From the human T2T-CHM13v2.0 reference genome, Homo sapiens, in NCBI RefSeq assembly GCF_009914755.1, contig NC_060932.1: a stretch of 64,000 nucleotides of DNA, one strand, 5' to 3'. The position numbers were made by a program, and so were the translations under genes. The notes beneath the pieces were generated by a model. The model was not told where the DNA came from. It did not search any database and saw nothing but the letters and a program-made list of their open reading frames with translations. Shown here one piece after another: positions 1-17,415 of this stretch. Position 1 is the first letter of the stretch; each line of letters begins with the position of its first letter.

Positions 1-3000
1 CTGGAAAACAGGGATGGAATTTATCATTTTGGGCCACAGTATCAGGCTTTTAGGCTTGAGGGTCCCTCACTGCAGACCCACCCTCTTCCACCCAGAATTT
101 CCTTGCCTTCTGTCCCTATCAGTTTCTAGACATAAACAACAGTAAATCATTAATCTGAGAAGGAAATCATTTCCTTGTGAGGCTTTTTCGATGAGTACTA
201 AAGTTGAGAAATGATTTAAAGAGTGAATAAATCAAAGTGAAATAAACTCATGTACAGCAAAGAGAAACAAGGATCAAAAGGTTGAATTTAGCACCAAATA
301 AACTTCCAGTGGAATGAGAAAGTAAATACTATAATCAGTTGACTAAAAGTAATCATTAATATGTGAGATATCACCCTTATTATAATGTTCAGATGTTTTA
401 AAAAGGCAAAAAGAGACAATATGAATAATAGAGAATTTATGCTCTTATTAAATGAACATATGGTTATTTTATTGAAAATTAGAAAAAATTCCAGAGTTAA
501 AAGCCTGAGACCTAGTCAGTAAATCAACTCCATTTAAAATACTCTTAATTGGCAATTGTATGTGACATGACATAGTATTTTGGTTTCAGTTCAAACAATT
601 TGTATTCTGTCAATGGTGTTGAAATTGGGAAAGGAAAAAGATGGTTATATATAATTTAAGTGGTAAATTTTTAAAAGAATGGTGGTCCCTTATACCAAAA
701 TATATTTTCCAGTAATATCAGCTTTACAACTAGGTATAATAGGTGAATGTTTTTGTGGTATAATTTAAAAGCCCCCACTAATCAAAAATATCTCCATTGC
801 CTGAAATTGTACTGATGAAGATGGAATTCTACTGATGGGTCAAGATATAATCTGACTCTCATAGTGATATCAAGTTGGTAGAAAAGCAGGTGAAGGCAAT
901 GGTTGCTTGGGCAGATATTTTGACAGGGAAGAGAAAGGACCCAAAGAGGTGTGAAAGGTGTAGAGAGAAGGGGAAGCAGGCTGAAGGGTATCCAAGGTAA
1001 ATAAAACTTGCCCCACAGTGTTTCCCAGGCTGATCAGGAATGCCAATATGCAAACAGGCAATTATATTCTTATTTTCAACCTACCTAGTCATGATTTTAC
1101 AGAGAGAAAATTAGTTCCTTTCAGCCTATTTCTACTGTGAATTTTGGTGTTCTTTATTTATCTGCCAAATCTGTGGTACCTGACAATCTCCCAACCATAT
1201 CATTAGGATGAGAACTTTAAAGCAAAAAGATCAAGCAGCATAAAAGTTGTGTCTTCTGTAGCAGTGCTAAGTCATCATCTGTCTGTGCTTTGTTCTCTTG
1301 TCTACTTAGACTTTCAGAAGCAAACACTATTTAAGCAATGAGAGAATGGGGTTGTGGGAATGACACTGGGCATATTTTTTATTATTATTATGTTAACTCC
1401 TTTATTTATGTAGAAAGCTTAGAATTTGTTTTGCTAAGCTTAATGTCTTAGAAAATAAGATAAAGAAAGCCTAAGGGCCACAGATAGTATTTGTTGGATT
1501 GCATTTGCATAAATAAAAATTTGATGAAAATAACACATATTCAATAGGCATTTAAGATAAGTACTCAGATCTGGGAAAATTCCTAAAATTCCCCTTTTTG
1601 AGGAATTCTAAACTAGTTTATAAATAATGTGGCAAAATGAATTTTGTATATTTTATTATGTTTATATAAATGATTCAAAAGCATAAAATATTACTCCAAT
1701 AGTAGGAGAAAATCAATGATTCAGTCTCTCCTGGTGCACAAAGCTTTCAGCCTCCTAGAGGCCATTTAATGTGGTGCAGCTGGCCAGTGGCAGCCAGGGC
1801 TCATTGGGTTGCAGTTTTATGTGCTATTGTAATATAATGTGTTTAGTCATGCCCTCTGCCTGTTTTAGGAGGTCAAATTTTAGATTCCCGGCATATACAA
1901 AACTAGTCTGGCATTTAGAAAACCTAGAAGTCTAAAAGACAACACTGTGCTCAGTGACCAACTCTGCAAACAACAGCTGTGGCCACAAATAAAATACCAT
2001 CTATCTGTAAGTAAATAGAATGGAAAGGGCTTTTGGGCACCCACAGGTCTTTTTCACCATATCTTCAAGCACAGCTAGCAATATTTATCAGTATTATCAT
2101 CTCCAAAGGAGATATACATCTGTTTATATATGTAAATGCATGTATTTATATGCATGCGTATGTTACACCATAGCATTAAGGTGTTTCTATGAGAATTTTT
2201 CACTTCTTTACATATTTAAGCATCTTCAGCACTATACGGAGGAACAGCTCCACCTGGTTCGTGGCCGAAGTGGAGTTCCCATAGCCCTGCCCACTAAGTC
2301 TTCTCCTTCTCTCAGCAGTGGCCCCCACAAGGCACATCTAAAGAGCCCCTAGGCTCCTGAAAACCACAGAAGGAAGTGATTCTCACTATGGAGATTAAGA
2401 AAGACTTTTGGGAGGGTGGGGGTAATGGGTAGTTTTTAAACTGGGACTGATTCAAAATAGTTGTGTACCACACAGAAGATAGGCTTCTGAACAACCACTG
2501 TTTTTTCCATCATCAGAAGAGAAGATTTGTGTGGTAGCCTTCAGACATGACCTGCCACCTCCCCTTTGCAGCTGATGAATATTTGACAGGCTACAGGAAA
2601 TAAGGCATGGCCACAGGCTATGATGGAGTGACCATATGTAGGTCTATCACTGACAAACTGATTGCATTCGACCAAGTGAGGATCCCTAGCTTGAAATTAC
2701 AGAAATATTTTAAACTTCTACATAGGAAGTAAGAAATTTAAACATGAAAATGTTTAGGCTATATGTGAAAATTATCTGGACATTTGTCATAATATACTCG
2801 GTGTATTTTTATCTGTAGACTAAATATCAATGGTGGTTAAATTTTGCTTTGATAATCAGATATTATTGCAGACATATGTCTTCATCTATGAAGACTATTT
2901 GTTGAATATATGCAGTAATGTTAGCCACTATTTAAAAGCACTTACGAGGTACTAGATATATTTAAGCTCTAATCTCAATGCTATCACCTCTATTACCTGA

Positions 3001-3344
3001 AGAGTAGATGCCTCGTAGCCAGATGAGCAATAGAATTGAGATTTGAATCCAAAATGTGACCTATAAGCTAATATTATAGTTTAAAACTATTGAGTCAATT
3101 ATTTTAAAATTAATTACTTAAGTTATATATAACTTAAGTCATGTAAGATCACTAGATCTCAAGTCATGTAAGCTCAATAAACATTTACTTAATCAAAAAT
3201 TGGGTCTTTTTTCTTATTTTGAGACAAATCATATAATGAAAAAAACCCACATATTTAGAAACCAATATCAATCAATAGTCTATCAATAATGTTAACTTTG
3301 CTTAAATATTGAAGGATTTCATCAGAAGTTTAAAATAATGTCCT

Positions 3345-3449
3345 GGCCAGGCACAGTGGCTCGTGCCTATAATCCCAGCACTTTGGGAGGTCAAGGCAGG
3401 CAAATCACTTGACCAGCCTGGGCAACATGGCAAAACCCCCTCTCCACTA

Positions 3450-3488
<39 letters not shown>

Positions 3489-3671
3489 ATATATATATTA
3501 GCTGGCCATGGTGGTGTGCACCTGTAGTCCCAGCTACTCAGGATACTGAGGCTGAGGTGGGAGGATGGCTTGAGCCCAGAAGGTGGAGGTCACAGTGACC
3601 CTCGATTATGCCACCACACTCCAGCCTGGGTAACAGAGCCAGACACTGTCTCAAAATATAAAATAATAACA
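3345..3671 (+). mobile_element. AluJ-like element with internal deletion and a (TATC)n(TA)n microsatellite in the linker
   Basis: ggccaggcacagtggctc...; imperfect TSD aaaataatgtcct/aaaatactgtcct. Confidence 0.9.
3450..3498. repeat. (TATC)n(TA)n microsatellite
   Basis: About 9 TATC units followed by a TA run. Confidence 0.95.
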
Positions 3672-4199
3672 AAAATACTGTCCTAATGTAGCACTAAAGA
3701 CCAGGTGTAATTTAATATATGGCATTTTCTTATGATGAAGATTTAAGTACTAAGTAGCTTTGCTAGTGATTAATGAAAATGTATCAACCCCCAACTTATA
3801 TCCTAGGAAATATTATGAAGTAAACTACTTTATTCAAAACCCAAATAACAACAGAATACAAAAAGCAGTCAATAAAAGATCAAAAATACAAATGTTAGAG
3901 CTAAGAAAGGACCAATAGGACCGTAACACAGAAACTATAGATAAGGTATACACAGGGGTATAACAGGTAGATAAGTTGTAGAAGTCCTAAGCTAAAGTTA
4001 TGTCAAAAGAGCGAGAGTTCTGTCCCTTTTTGCAGAGCGCGGAAGGTAGGCTACCTTCTCTCTTATTGAGTGAAATTATCCAAAGTTCAGCTTGAGAAAC
4101 ATTGGGATCATGTTACCTTCATATGAATCATCAAAGTGTAATAATTATTATAATTTAATATAATAATTACTATTATTATCATCATTTGGGGTAGGAATA

Positions 4200-4381
4200 T
4201 GGCTTAGTATACACATGCAAACATCAACAAACATTTTACAAAACACTGTTTACCCTTTCTTATGTTTTCTATTCTACTCTCATCTGTTCTATTCTACTTT
4301 TTTTAAAAAATGCTGATTAAGACTATTAAATTGATTTATAACCCACCAATGGATTGCTACCCACAATGTGAAAAAATGCTG
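4200..4381. mobile_element. Old hAT-Charlie-type DNA transposon fragment
   Basis: End resembles ctaaattgatttcatgacccactaatggg...tttgaaaaacactg. Confidence 0.45.
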
Positions 4382-5004
4382 TTCTGATGAGCCACACATA
4401 GGTAACTGCCACCACATTTCAGCAGGACCTGCTTTTACTAGGAGCTGAATAGCAGAGAGATGAGGTATGGTACATAGTTAAACTTACTGGTGTTTCGGAT
4501 GTAAACATGGGTTTATCTAGGCAACAGGATGAGGAGTCCTTAGCACCTTTAACTTACAGACTACCACTAGAGGAAGTGTTTTAAAAATTGGTTTTTAAAT
4601 TTCCTAACATCAAAGAAATTTCTTGTTGCTAAACCTAACTGTTTTAATATGTTATTTTGTAGTATTTCCTTATTTATATTTCTCCCGTATTCCACTGGTG
4701 TAAGTGATTTTTACAGCTTCTGGGACCACATGTTCTAACTTGTCCTGGGCTGCGGTTTAGAATGCAGGTGTTAATTACCTATTTAACAAATCGTAACTAT
4801 TTACTTCCAGCAGTAAATACAACTTAGTTTCTCCAAATTAAACTGGTTTTCCTGCTGACTAAGGTTCCAAACCCCTATGACTTTCCTCTCCTTTTCAAAT
4901 GACATTAGATTTACTTTTGAAAGGAATGTATGAAATGGCTCTGTGAGTGTTCTTAGCTCTATCTCTCATTAAAGTCTGGACCTTCTCACTGAATAATATA
5001 ACCT

Positions 5005-5399
5005 GGCCATATTCATTTCCTCAGGCTAAGAAAGGTACTCTCTCACAGTTCTGGAAGCTAGAAGTCTAAAACCAAGGTGTGGACAGGGCTGTGCTTCTTC
5101 TGAATGTGCTAGAAAAGAATCCTTCCTTGCCTTTTTTTAGATTTTGCTGGTTGCTGACAATCCTGGCTTGTAGCAATACCACTCCAATCTCTGCCTCTGT
5201 TGTTACATGGCTATCTGCCCTCTGTGGGCCTCTCTGTGTCTCTCATGGCCTTCTTATAAGGACACTGGTCATTGGATTTAGGGCCCATCCTAATTGAATA
5301 TGACCTCATCATAACTAATGACATCTGCAAAGACCCCATTTCCAAATAAGATCACACTCTGAGCTTTTGGATGTACAAGAATTCTGGAGAGATGCCATT
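5005..5399 (-). mobile_element. MaLR LTR (MLT1B/C-like)
   Basis: Reverse complement of the MLT1 head: cttcttataaggacactggtcattggatttagggccc...catctgcaaagaccccatttccaaataag. Confidence 0.8.
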
Positions 5400-5765
5400 T
5401 GCCTTAGTCCATTCCTGCTGCTATAACAAAATACCTTAGACTGTGTAATTTATAAACAATGGAAATTAATTTCTCAGTTCTGAAGGCTGGAAATTCTATG
5501 ATGAATACTCCAGAAGATTCAGGGTTTGGTAAGGGCTCACTTTTTGCTTCAAAGATGGAGCATCACTGATGTGTCCTCACATGGTGGAAAAGGCAGGAAT
5601 GCTCTCTTCAGCCTGTCTTATGAGGGCACAAATTCCATTCATGAGTGTAGACCCTCTCTGTCTCAATCACTTCCCAAAAGGCCCCACCTCTTAGTATTAT
5701 TTCATTGTGGATTAAGTGTCAACACACAAACTTTGGAGGGACATAAGCATTCAGACCATTACACT
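5400..5765 (-). mobile_element. MaLR LTR (MST/MLT1A-like)
   Basis: cttagtccattcctgctgctataacaaaataccttagactg...cattcagaccattaca. Confidence 0.75.
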
Positions 5766-5799
5766 ATTCAACCCAGTATCCTGATTTCCCAAAGGGATC

Positions 5800-6681
5800 T
5801 GTAAACCAAAAAGGATCTGAAACAGGTCTCAATCAATTTAGAAGCTTATTTTGTCAAGGTTAAGGACATGCCCATGGCACAGCCTCAGGAGGTCCTGATA
5901 ATGGGTCCCAAGGTGGTTGGGCTACAGCTTGGTTTTATATGTTTTAGGGAGACATAAGACTTGAATCAAACAATATATGTAAGATGTACATTGGTTTTGT
6001 CTGGAAAGGCAGGACAACTCAGGCAGTGGGGGTTGGGGGGTGGGGGGAGCTTCCAGGTCATAGGTGGATTCAAAGATTTCCTGATTGCCAATTGGCTGAA
6101 AGAGTTTGTCCAAAAACCTGGAATCAATAAAAGGGACTGTCTGGGTTAAGATAAAGGGTTGTGGAGAGGAAGGTTTTTATTATGCAGATGAAGCCTTCAG
6201 GTAGAAGGCTTCAGAAAGAATAGATTGTGTTTCTTATCAGACTTAAAAAGTTACCTGACTCTGTTAATTCTCTCCTGGATAAGGGGGTTTGGGGGGAGAC
6301 CTAGAAATGGAAAGGAATTCTCTACACAATGCAGATTTTACCCACAAAAGACGGTTTTGTAGGGCCATTTCAAAATATGCCAAAGATATATGTTTTGGGA
6401 TAAAATACTTGGATTTATTTTAGGGCCTGCTATCTGTCATGTTGGTATCTTACTGCTACAGAGTCTGCTTTGTCAGTCTTAAGGTCTTTGCTTTAATGTT
6501 ATATGCTGGTCAGCTGTCCCTGAATTCCAAAGGGTGGAGCACATAATAAGGCATGTCCAACCCCCACTTCCCATCATGACCTGAAATAGCTTTTCAGGTT
6601 AAATTAGAATGCCCTTAGTCAAGGAGTGGGGGTGGTCCATTCAATTGGTTGGGGGGCTTAGAATTTTATTTTTGGTTTACA
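5800..6681 (-). mobile_element. ERV1 solo LTR, MER4 family
   Basis: TG...CA ends with a 13-bp terminal inverted repeat TGTAAACCAAAAA; MER4-type head TGTAAACCAAAAATAAAATTCTAAGCCCCCC on the minus strand. Confidence 0.8.
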
Positions 6682-7402
6682 GACTATACATTTATCTGTA
6701 CCAAACTTATTGAAATTAGCAACATGCACAGAAATGGGCTAACTGGCAATTACATAAGAAAGGAGGCACTAATGTCAAATAGGACGTAATAAGGATAAAG
6801 TTCTTCTACCCCTAACATTATATAGTAGTTAATAATTCTGCCCAAACTCTTTAGTTCATTTATTTTAAAAATGTAGTTAATTATCATTAAAAATTGGCAT
6901 TTATACTGAAATGTCTAACTTCCAAAACATCTTCACATGCATTATATCATTTCAGCACTACACCCTACTTCTGTAAACGTAATTGTCATGACTAGCACCA
7001 GTCTATGGATGAAGAAACAGGCTCCGTGTCTTGACTCAGGTCATGCAGTTAATTCAGTAATACAGAACCAGGATGAGGGTCAAGTCATCCGACTCAAAAT
7101 CCAGCATTCTTTCAACTACCAAGTTGAATTGTGTTATGTGAAAATGTTTAAAGCAATGGCTGTCAAGCACAGGCTGGGAGAGGAGGTCAGGGTGGAATTA
7201 GAGACCACGTCAGCATCATCTCCAAGGTTTTTTTCTAGCTAATTACACCCACCCATCCCAGAACCTCTACACAGTGTTGAAAAGCCCCATAGCCCATGAG
7301 AATCCACTCCTGTCCCCAGAACTGAGATCCGCTGGTTTAAACTGTATGGGAGAACCTCCAATTCTGATTTTTTTTTAAGTGGCATGCATTTATGTCTGAG
7401 GT

Positions 7403-7563
7403 CAGTGCCTCTCAAATTTAAATGCACATATGAATCATTTGAGAATCTTGCTAAAATGCAGATTCTGATTCAGTGGGCCTGGGGTGGGGCCTGAGATTCT
7501 GCATTTCTAATCTGTTCCCAGGTGATGCTAAAGATTGAAGAACCACATTTTGAATGACAAGGC
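7403..7563. mobile_element. MER5-type hAT-Charlie MITE
   Basis: aaaatgcagattctgattcagtgggcctggggtggggcctgagattctgcatttctaa. Confidence 0.8.
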
Positions 7564-8533
7564 CTTATGCAGCCCTCATAACAGAACCCAGGAGCAGATA
7601 ATAGAATGTGTCTATGTGATTGCAGAAAATGTCCGCATCAGACAGCTATAAAAAAAAGGGCCTCTCTGCCCAATAAACACCTCCTCAGTCTCTAATAAAT
7701 ACAGAAGTGCTTGGGCCCATTCAAATTATGAGTCCTTGGTGGTTGCTGCCCAAACAGTCTAAATAAGACTCAATGAAAGGCCCTTGTCTGTGATGCTTAG
7801 CTTCATGACAGGAAGAACACCTGTCATGCTTGCAACGGAAGATTCAGTGAGACACTACTGTTCATAGGGCCCTGGAATGCATAGCAGCCTCCCATAACAG
7901 CAGATATAAAGTGGATCACGCAAGCTCTCTGCAGTCACGGCTGGATTTGGCTCCTATCTGACTTTCCCTTGGCAGAGCCACTCCATTTCAGCATGGCCGT
8001 CCATATATTCTATTTTCTGGCATTGTGTAATGTGGTCTTAATGATGCTGACCCCAAAAGTACTTTTCAAAAGAGGTTTACTGCAGAGATTCATTAAAAGG
8101 AAAAATGATTGCATTATGGCTTTTGTTTTTTCTTTCTTTCAAGCTGCTGGGACATGGTCTTTAGATATGGGGATAATGGTGGGAATAAATCCCTGCAATT
8201 CTCTGTTAATGGTGATAGATGAGATGATGAAGCCGACTAGGTGTCCAAGGAACAAAGCCAGCTTTTAATGGCACTTTAATTCTGGAAATTTAGAAAACTT
8301 CCTTGCAGAAATTGGAAGTTGGAGTGGCAGAAAAATAATTCAACAAATGAATATGCTTTCAGGGGACAGCTAGTATAAATAGGTCCTTAAACTGGTCTTC
8401 TCCCTTTGTGATTTCAGAATGTACACTTAAGATAAAATTTTATAAAAGAAGAAAGGTCTGGTGAATAATATAGTATTTATCTCATCATTTTCTCATGTAC
8501 CAATGAACTGTTGTTTAAAAGAGAAATGTTTAA

Positions 8534-9272
8534 ACATATGGAGAGAAAGCTCAACGTCACTGATCATTAAAGAAATGCAAATCAAAACCACAATGAGATA
8601 CCAAGCTGGCGAAATTGTGGAGAAAAGGGAATGCTTTCACAGTTGGTGGGCATGTAAATTAGTTCAACCATTGTGGAAGGCAGTGTGGCGATTCCTCAAA
8701 GATCTAGAGGCAGAAATACTATTTGATCCAGTAATCCCATTACTGGGTTTATACGCAAAGTAATATAAATCATTCTATTGTAAAAATACACGCACAAGTA
8801 TATTCATGGCAGCACTATTCACAGTAGCAAAGACATGGAATCAACCCAAATGCCCATCAATGGTGATAGACTGGATAAAGAAAATGTGGTACATATACAC
8901 CATGGAATACTATGCAGCCATAAAAAGGAACGAGATCATGTCCTTTGCAGGGACATGCATGGAGCTGGGAGCCATTATCCTCAGCAAAGTAACTTAGGAA
9001 CAAAAAAACAAACACCACATGTTCTTACTTACGAGTAGGAGCTGAACGATGAGAACACATGGACACATTGTGGGGAACAACACACCCTGGGGCCTGTCAG
9101 GGCTGGGGGTTGGGGGAGGGAGAGCATCAGGAAGAATAGCTAAGGGATGCTGGGCTCAATACCTAGGTGATGGGTTGATCTGTGCAGCAAACCACGTTTA
9201 CCTATGTAACAAATCTGCACATCCTGCACATGTACCCAACAACTTAAAATAAATGTTGAAGGAAAAAGAGAA
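8534..9272 (+). mobile_element. 5'-truncated older L1PA-type 3' end
   Basis: ORF2 C-terminal remnants ([20 protein letters not shown]), L1 3' UTR, TSD agaaatgtttaa at 8522-8533 and 9273-9284. Confidence 0.9.
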
Positions 9273-9434
9273 AGAAATGTTTAAGAGAAATTTCATAACC
9301 TAAAGTTCTTATTAGAATACTCTTTAACATGAGGAAATATTTTTTCCAGAACACATAAACTTTATTTATCTTGTTCTCAACTTATAAAATCTAGTTAAAA
9401 TGTGTTCACATGTATTATTTTCATTTTATCATTT

Positions 9435-9586
9435 CTTTTTTTTATATCCAACTTTTATTTTAAGTTCAGGGATACATGTATAGGATATGCATGTTTGTTC
9501 CATAGGTAAACGTGTGCCATGGTGGTTTGCTGCACAGATCATCCCATGACTTAGATATTAAGCCCAGCACCCATTAGCTTTTCTTA
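9435..9586 (-). mobile_element. Short L1PA 3'-terminal fragment
   Basis: ccaacttttattttaagttcaggg...gtgccatggtggtttgctgcacagatcatccc...aagcccagcacccattagct. Confidence 0.85.
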
Positions 9587-9966
9587 ACATAAATAAATAT
9601 TATTTGGAAAGATAAATGATGATTTAAGTCAAGGATCACTCTCTTTCTACATCTGTAAGATAATAGTGGAGATTTGTTGGAGCTACTCAATCTTCCTGGT
9701 AAATTTTATCATAAACGTGGGAAGTCCTAGATCCTTCTATCTCCATAGCAAGCAGAGTCGAGATTCTACTTCATATATATTTGAATAATGTATCCCCTTC
9801 TTTCCCTTTGCTGCTGCCATGGCATTAAAAATGTATTGTCTTATCTTCAGCTGCACCCTGCGCCCCCCATCGGTCCTATGCATTACAGTCAGTAATCTTT
9901 GTGAAATGCAAATCTGAGCATAGCTTTGCCTTGCCTGAATTCCTTGAATGGCTTTTACTCCTTACG

Positions 9967-10572
<606 letters not shown>

Positions 10573-11190
10573 CCCAACTCTTTTCTGTGCCTCTGCCTGC
10601 ATTCAACCACACTACACTACTCAGTTCTCTGAAATCAAGGCTCTCGCAATTGGTTGTGCAAGTTGTGCACTGCACAAAACATAGAGGCATCATTCACGTT
10701 ATAGTCTCTTGATGGGTTCTTTCTGGAATTGACCAGTTTACAGCCTATACCCTTATATGCAGCAGTCCTGAAATAATCACAAACCCCTATGTGTCATGCC
10801 TCTTTATGGATGCCCCCAGCCACACAAAAGTACTTGGAATTTTCTGAGCAAACCATCATCTTTTGGGCTTCAAAGCCTTTGCCCACCATTTTCCTCAGTC
10901 TGTAATGCCCTTTATCCCTTTTCTGTGTAGAAACCTCCATGAATCCTTTAAGGCCTCCCTCTCAAAAAAGATTTATGATTAGCATTATCCTGAGACCAAA
11001 TAAAACACTTTTCCAACAGGAAAAAGAAGAGTGTTATAGAATCTGAATAGAGCCATAAATACTCTGGTGTAAAAATTCAAAACATTCCAAGTATTCAAAA
11101 TCTGTTTTTTCTCCCTCAAGTTTTCATGAATTATCTTTTCAAAGAGCTAAAAACTGATAAGGAGAAAAGTGAGGACTTCTTTCCACTTTC

Positions 11191-11508
<318 letters not shown>

Positions 11509-11672
11509 TAGATCTCCACATATCTAAGATGTTGTATGTATGTGTATGTGGTAGTTTAACAAATTATGTTTGCAAATATACATTTATTAAATGGAATATA
11601 CAGCATTCTTAAGTTTACATTTTTATGACCTTTTATTACTTTCCTGTGGGGCTTTACTTTCAATTACATGGA

Positions 11673-11684
11673 ACACACACACAG

Positions 11685-11711
<27 letters not shown>
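11673..11711. repeat. (CA)n microsatellite
   Basis: Interrupted CA run. Confidence 0.95.
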
Positions 11712-11716
<5 letters not shown>

Positions 11717-12029
11717 ATAAAAAACATATTTTAAGACATGAGACAGGTCAAGTTCACCTGGAGAAACCTCAGTTTAACTCTTTAATAAACATTGGCAAAC
11801 TAGATAGTTCAGTCCTAAGGAAAAAAAGATTCAATTGTCTAGGTTTGTCATGTAAACCATTGCTTAAGTGAATGTGTTTGAAAGTGTTAAAAATGAGCAT
11901 TAAATAGTTCTGGAATTGTATTTAACTGGGAGATAAACAGTTTTTTTTTATTGTTTCCCAATGCTGGCTAAAGGCATTTTCCAAACACATCTCCAGCATT
12001 TCTTACACTTATCACATTCTGCACTTGGC

Positions 12030-12230
12030 AGGATGCTTTCATGTGCATGATCCAGTATGAGCCTTAATAACCCTCTGAGGCAGCCGAGGCAAGCATGAGG
12101 CACCTCATTTTGCAGATGAGAGAACTGAAGCTCACAGAGGGACCGGGCTTGTGCATGCAGCAAGCGGAGGTAGAACCATGTGTTTGAATTGCTGATCCTG
12201 TGCTTCTTTCCACCACAAAGCGTCCATTAT
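12030..12230 (-). mobile_element. MIR SINE
   Basis: MIR core cattttgcagatgagagaactgaagctcacagag. Confidence 0.7.
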
Positions 12231-12785
12231 CTTCAAAGGACTAAAATCAACAAGCTGGTTCAATTGAGGCAAGTCTCCGGCTGCTTTACTTCCTCCCACA
12301 AACAGAAATCAATACAACCAATGTTGGTCCCTACTAATGCGAGTGCTGGGAGCCCTCTTCTGAACTCCCTGTGATCCTGCGAATGTCTGTGTCTAAGTGA
12401 AGAAATAACGTAATCATCCAGGTGATTCAAGGGAGAAAAAAGGTTGTATCCAGAAAGAATGTCTATTCCCAGTAACTAAATGCCTAGAACATACGCAGCG
12501 CAATATTTTTCAGTCTTCTCTTTTGAATGTTTTACTCATTATGTAACAAAAATTTACTTTGGACGTTCAACTAAAATGACATCATCAACTGTGACTTGTC
12601 CTGGGTTTGGTTGACAGACATGACTGGAATTAGTAAAATGTTTTAGTTTAGACAGAGAATCACCAAATGTTAGAGGTTATGTGACCTTGCAGATGACCTA
12701 ATCCAAATTTCCGAAGGGTTTAACCAACATCACGCAGTTAATTGTTTGGAATCTTCACTTCCCTGGCCGTATACACACATAATTG

Positions 12786-14686
<1,901 letters not shown>

Positions 14687-14725
14687 TCAGTTGTTGGAGG
14701 TGAAAGGGATTAAAAACCTGAGGCA

Positions 14726-15746
<1,021 letters not shown>

Positions 15747-17110
15747 TAAGTGCCATAAGAGCTTGCTATAAAGTAAATATTCATGTTTTGAAGTGCATCC
15801 TCAAGCTTAAAGCAAAATTTCACATTTATTATATTTATTGTGTTAAAAAAAACTCTACAATAAGACAATAAACTTGCATTTGGCTCATTGCACCACACAT
15901 CACCTTGGTATTTATTGAATCATTTATCTAAAGTGCTGTCTTTCTGGGAGAACTCCAAGCTTCACAAGATGTTTAAAATAAGTCCTTCCTCTAAATTGAG
16001 AGCAAATGGGTTTTGACAAATTGAATTTCAACATGAGAAAGATAATAATGCACTTCAGTACCTATGGTTTTCTTTAACGTGAATATGGAATGGCTTAAGG
16101 GCTTGAATGATTAGTTTTTCCTTTAGTAACTATTTGTCTTCAAGAATGTGTCCTAAATCCTGTTCTGCATATGCTAAATTTCCAAGTGTTAAAGTGGTCA
16201 TATTTGTTAAGCTGTGGTCAACTAGACAATAGACTACAGCAAGACTCTATTGTGTTTCATCATCATTTCCCAAAATTAGCTGCAGAAGTAAAGTGACCTA
16301 CAGTCTAGCTCTAATTGTGGAATGAAGGATTGAAGGCCCCCTTGGACCTTTCACTTTATCCTTTGCCAAAAGGTGGAAGGCAATAGAATGGATTCATTTG
16401 CATTTCTACTTCTCTCCTCTCTTTGAAGTGATAAACACATGTCAGTAAAATGCATTCAAAATTAACAAATGAACAGATTAGATATAGAAAATCTAGAGTA
16501 TGGATTGTCAGTACAAGAAGAATGGCAGTAATCCCAATACTTAAAATGCCCAAAGATGTATTAGCAACAGCGTGACCTCCCGAAAAAATATCTTGGTTCC
16601 TTATGATAAGAGCATAGGAACGGATGGGATCTGACCATTGATTTTTCAGGAATATTTTCGTGGCAGAATATTGTACATGTTACCCTGCCATTGGCTTCTG
16701 AGGGTAGGGATTCAAGGTGAGCATTCCCAACTTGCCTTTAAAACCATCTGAATCTATTAGCCAGGGATTTATCTAAATCTTCTCAAGGGAGTTTCTAACT
16801 TTAGCCTTCACAGCCTCTTAGAGGAGTTAAAGAGGACCTTTATTTTTCTATTGTGATACACTGATCCATATTTTTAAAGAAAATTCTGAAGTACTCTCAA
16901 AAAGATAGAAAGTATTTAACCTAGTTCTAAGAAAAAGTATAAAACACTAATAATAAAACACTGCACTTTAAGTTAAAGGTCCATAAATCTTTATTTACTC
17001 TACAACACATTCTGAAATGCATTATACTGTTGTTTCACTTTATAGCAATTTAAGGAGGAAAGATGGAAGCTGGAAGAAGAGGAAGAAGAAAACAATGAAA
17101 GATATAAAGG

Positions 17111-17415
17111 GGCCAGGCACAGTGGCTCCCAGCACTTTGGGAGGCCGAGGCAGGTGGATCACAAGACCAGCCTGGGCAGCAGGGCGAAACCCCGTATCTA
17201 CTAAAAATACAAAAAAAATTAGCTGAGCATGGTGGTGCATACCTGTAGTCCCAGCTACTCAGGTGGCTGAGGTCAAGGCCAGAGGATCACTTGAGCCTGG
17301 GAGGCAGAGGTTGCAGTGAGCTAGTGAGCTGAGATTGCACCACTGCACTCCAGCCTGGATGACAGAACAAAACCTTTCCCCCTTCACCCCCTGCAAAAAA
17401 AAAAAAAAAAAAAAA
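17111..17415 (+). mobile_element. Alu with internal deletions (J/S)
   Basis: ggccaggcacagtggctc...poly-A. Confidence 0.9.

Noticed and set aside
1-121. Possible LTR end at the window edge
   Set aside because: Too short to classify with confidence
9856-9875. Second CTCF-like motif (CCGATGGGGGGCGCA on the minus strand)
   Set aside because: Two core mismatches and it lies in a decayed L2-like fragment
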